From Candidatus Omnitrophota bacterium (lineage in GTDB: Bacteria > Omnitrophota > Gorgyraeia > Duberdicusellales > 4484-171), in the NCBI GenBank assembly GCA_021735045.1, contig JAIPHU010000001.1:60001-92000 (forward strand): a stretch of DNA of 32,000 nucleotides. Direction: 5' to 3'. The notes under the pieces were generated by a model. It searched no databases. It was not told where the DNA came from and saw nothing but the letters and a program-made list of their open reading frames with translations. Positions 30,048 to 32,000 of the stretch are shown here, piece by piece (position 1 is the first letter of the stretch; each line of letters starts with the position of its first letter). The position numbers and the translations under genes are program-made.

Positions 30048-31793
30048 ATGCCCAAAGCAATAATAAATAACAAAGAAGTCATAGTTGAGGAAGGTACAAC
30101 AATTCTTGATGCTGCCAAAAAGATAAATATAGATATTCCTACTTTGTGTAAGCATCCTGACTTAGATGCCAGTGCTGCTTGCGGTATTTGCGTAGTTAAG
30201 GTCAAAGGGTCAAAAAAGATGCTTCGGGCTTGCTGTACTGCGTTAGAAGAAGGTATGAATATAATCACTCATGACAATGAACTTCAGAAGATAAGAAGGA
30301 CGGTTATCGAATTAATTTTATCAAATCATCCTAATGATTGCCTTCAATGTGCGCGCAACAATAACTGTGAGCTACAAAAACTAGCTGCTGATTTTGGAAT
30401 AAGGGAATTTCCTTTTCCTCAATTTTTAAGAGATGTCCCTGAAGATGAATCTACTAAAACCATTGATCTTGTTCCTTCAAAGTGTATTCTTTGTGGCAGG
30501 TGTGTACAGGTGTGCCAGGATTTACAAGATGTTTGGGCACTTTCTTTTATTGAAAGAGGACACAAAACTAGGATTTCTGCTGCCGGAGATATTAATTTGT
30601 CAGAAAGTCCTTGTATTCGTTGTGGGCAGTGTTCGGCCCATTGTCCTACCGGTGCTATTGCCGAGCATGATCAAACCGAAGATGTTTGGAGGGCTTTATA
30701 TAACGAGAAAAAATATTGTATGGTTCAAATTGCTCCTGCTGTAAGAGTTGCGATCGGAGAAGCATTTAATCTTCCTATTGGCGCGAATTTAACTGGGAAA
30801 ATTTATTCGGCTCTCCGGCGTCTAGGTTTTAATGCAGTATTTGATACTTCTTTTGGCGCAGATGTTACTGTTATGGAGGAAGCTACTGAGTTTGTGGAAC
30901 GTTTTGTTCATAAAAAGGGTAAATTACCTTTGATAACTACTTGCTGCCCCTCTTGGGTTGATTTTATGGAAAAATTTTATCCGGATATGATTGATAATTT
31001 TTCTTCCTCAAAATCTCCTCATGAGATGTTAGGGGTATTAGCAAAAACTTATTTTGCCCAAAAAAATAAAATAGATCCAAAAGATATGTATATGGTATCA
31101 ATCATGCCTTGTACATCCAAAAAATATGAAATAAGCCGCAGCAATCAAATGTATGCCTCAGGATATCAAGATGTTGATACATCATTAACTACTCGTGAAT
31201 TAGCAAGAATGATAAAACAGGCCGGAATTGATTTTGCTAATTTAGAAGAAGAGAAGGCTGATAATATTTTAGGTGATTATACCGGGGCGGGAGTAATTTT
31301 TGGCGCAACCGGTGGGGTTATGGAAGCAGCTTTACGAACTGCTTATTTTTTAATTACTGGTAAAAACTTTAAAGAGGTAAAATATAATGATGTGCGTGGC
31401 CTTGAGGGTGTAAAAGAAACAGTTGTAAATATTGCGGGAGAAAAAGTGAGGATAGCTATAGCTCATGGTATGGGAAATGTTGAAGCTGTTTTAAATAAAA
31501 TCCGTCAAGCTTTGGCTGAAGGCAAAAAGCCTCCTTATGATTTTATTGAAGTTATGGCTTGTCCGGGTGGCTGTATCGGTGGGGGCGGCCAACCTTATGG
31601 AGTTACGGATCAGCTTCGTATTGCCAGGGCATCTGGCCTGTATAGTGATGATGATAAAAAAGAGATTCATTTTTCTCATGATAATCCATACATAAAACAA
31701 TTATATGATAGCTTTTTAGGTAAACCGTCAGGAGAAAAAGCTAAAAAATTATTGCATACGCGCTATGTGCCGCGTCCGCTTTACAAAAAATAG
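30048..31793 (+). CDS. hydA: [FeFe]-hydrogenase catalytic subunit HydA, canonical H-cluster motifs (module 2)
   Basis: 581 aa in M3 domain order. TTCCPSW, MPCTSKKYE, EVMACPGGCIGGGGQP. Confidence 0.9.
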   Translation: MPKAIINNKEVIVEEGTTILDAAKKINIDIPTLCKHPDLDASAACGICVVKVKGSKKMLRACCTALEEGMNIITHDNELQKIRRTVIELILSNHPNDCLQCARNNNCELQKLAADFGIREFPFPQFLRDVPEDESTKTIDLVPSKCILCGRCVQVCQDLQDVWALSFIERGHKTRISAAGDINLSESPCIRCGQCSAHCPTGAIAEHDQTEDVWRALYNEKKYCMVQIAPAVRVAIGEAFNLPIGANLTGKIYSALRRLGFNAVFDTSFGADVTVMEEATEFVERFVHKKGKLPLITTCCPSWVDFMEKFYPDMIDNFSSSKSPHEMLGVLAKTYFAQKNKIDPKDMYMVSIMPCTSKKYEISRSNQMYASGYQDVDTSLTTRELARMIKQAGIDFANLEEEKADNILGDYTGAGVIFGATGGVMEAALRTAYFLITGKNFKEVKYNDVRGLEGVKETVVNIAGEKVRIAIAHGMGNVEAVLNKIRQALAEGKKPPYDFIEVMACPGGCIGGGGQPYGVTDQLRIARASGLYSDDDKKEIHFSHDNPYIKQLYDSFLGKPSGEKAKKLLHTRYVPRPLYKK

Positions 31794-31848
31794 TTATTTG
31801 CCCTAAAGCAAGGATTTTTCTAAAACTAAGGGGTATTGGTGTTAATTT

Positions 31849-31873
31849 CCAACCTTCTTAGGTTGGTTTTTTT
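31849..31873 (+). terminator. Rho-independent terminator
   Basis: CCAACC (31849-31854), loop TTCTTA, GGTTGG (31861-31866), followed by T7. Confidence 0.7.
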
Positions 31874-31889
31874 ATTTTTAGGAGGTTTT

Positions 31890-32000
31890 ATGGAACAAAG
31901 GCTGGGTTTTGTGGGAATTATTATTGAAGAGCGTTTAAAAGTGGCAAAAAAGGTTAATTCTGTTCTTTTTGATTTCGGTGAAATTATCATTGGGAGGATA
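31890..32000 (+). CDS. N-terminal part of a small TM1266-like (ACT/NikR-C-like) putative iron-only hydrogenase system regulator; 3' end lies outside the window
   Basis: SD AGGAGG at 31880-31885 and ATG at 31890. MEQRLGFVGIIIEERLKVAKKVNSVLFDFGEIIIGRI matches my recollection of the TM1266 family pattern (I.I.VE.R....VN..L..F...I.GR.G). Only 37 codons are visible. Confidence 0.5.
   Translation, partial: MEQRLGFVGIIIEERLKVAKKVNSVLFDFGEIIIGRI

Noticed and set aside
869-31700. About twenty 60-126-aa ORFs in the supplied track that lie antisense to or out of frame within long genes (for example 869-1057-, 1176-1376-, 3445-3630-, 4152-4532-, 5761-5958-, 7967-8167-, 9706-10026-, 9776-10021+, 14259-14450-, 14933-15139-, 18390-18581+, 18623-18811+, 19599-19943-, 20355-20567-, 21396-21581+, 23580-23807-, 26821-27117-, 29918-30268-, 30433-30744+, 31491-31700-)
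   Set aside because: Each is fully embedded in a well-supported gene with clear family motifs. Their translations are low-complexity (Phe/Leu/Ile/Lys-rich mirror images of AT-rich coding DNA), have no recognisable motifs and have no SD sequence. 14933-15139 and 9706-10026 are additionally propped open by the GC-rich repeat elements.
1-32000. tRNA, rRNA, tmRNA, riboswitch or T-box elements in the intergenic regions (6425-6525, 9976-10031, 15043-15198, 17278-17431, 19533-19629, 21578-21953, 31794-31889)
   Set aside because: I could not trace any cloverleaf-compatible stems with a T-loop GTTCRA motif, or any recognisable riboswitch cores, by eye. A covariance-model scan (tRNAscan-SE or Infernal/Rfam) would be needed to exclude them formally.

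Overview
AT-rich (about one-third G+C by eye), almost fully coding bacterial chromosomal segment. The gene content (LPS genes, [FeFe]-hydrogenases, Rex) suggests an uncultivated diderm anaerobe, but I cannot assign a taxon from sequence alone. Layout, left to right: (1) 1-6424, central metabolism: a split aconitase-family dehydratase with pilT wedged between its two subunit genes, an IDH3-like dehydrogenase, malate dehydrogenase, a PagL-like outer-membrane protein, a GNAT and an acyl-CoA dehydrogenase. (2) 6526-10913, housekeeping aroK-dprA-topA-xerC. (3) 10930-21577, a lipid A/LPS-core cluster: waaA, lpxK, an LpxL::ELM1-like fusion, a GT4::GT9 fusion, one more GT4 and three more GT9 genes. 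(4) 21954-31793, the most interesting part: rex followed by two tandem paralogous modules (receiver domain, NuoE-like, NuoF-like, [FeFe]-hydrogenase) joined by a histidine kinase with no sensor domain. In module 2 the receiver domain is fused to the NuoE-like subunit. In module 1 all three redox subunits carry changes at normally invariant positions or lack accessory domains. No DNA-binding response regulator is present. I read this as a candidate two-component phosphorelay acting directly on an electron-bifurcating-type hydrogenase, with module 1 as a possible sensory paralog; this is inference, not demonstrated. The intergenic DNA also holds several unusual repeat structures: a CGAAT array over the aroK promoter, heptamer arrays at the topA stop, a GC-rich palindromic element, a MITE-like element bounded by GGGGACGGTCCTT inverted repeats, and a minus-strand small ORF whose SD is sequestered in a hairpin. 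No rRNA, tRNA or CRISPR array was found, and the only mobile-element candidate is that unconfirmed MITE-like repeat.
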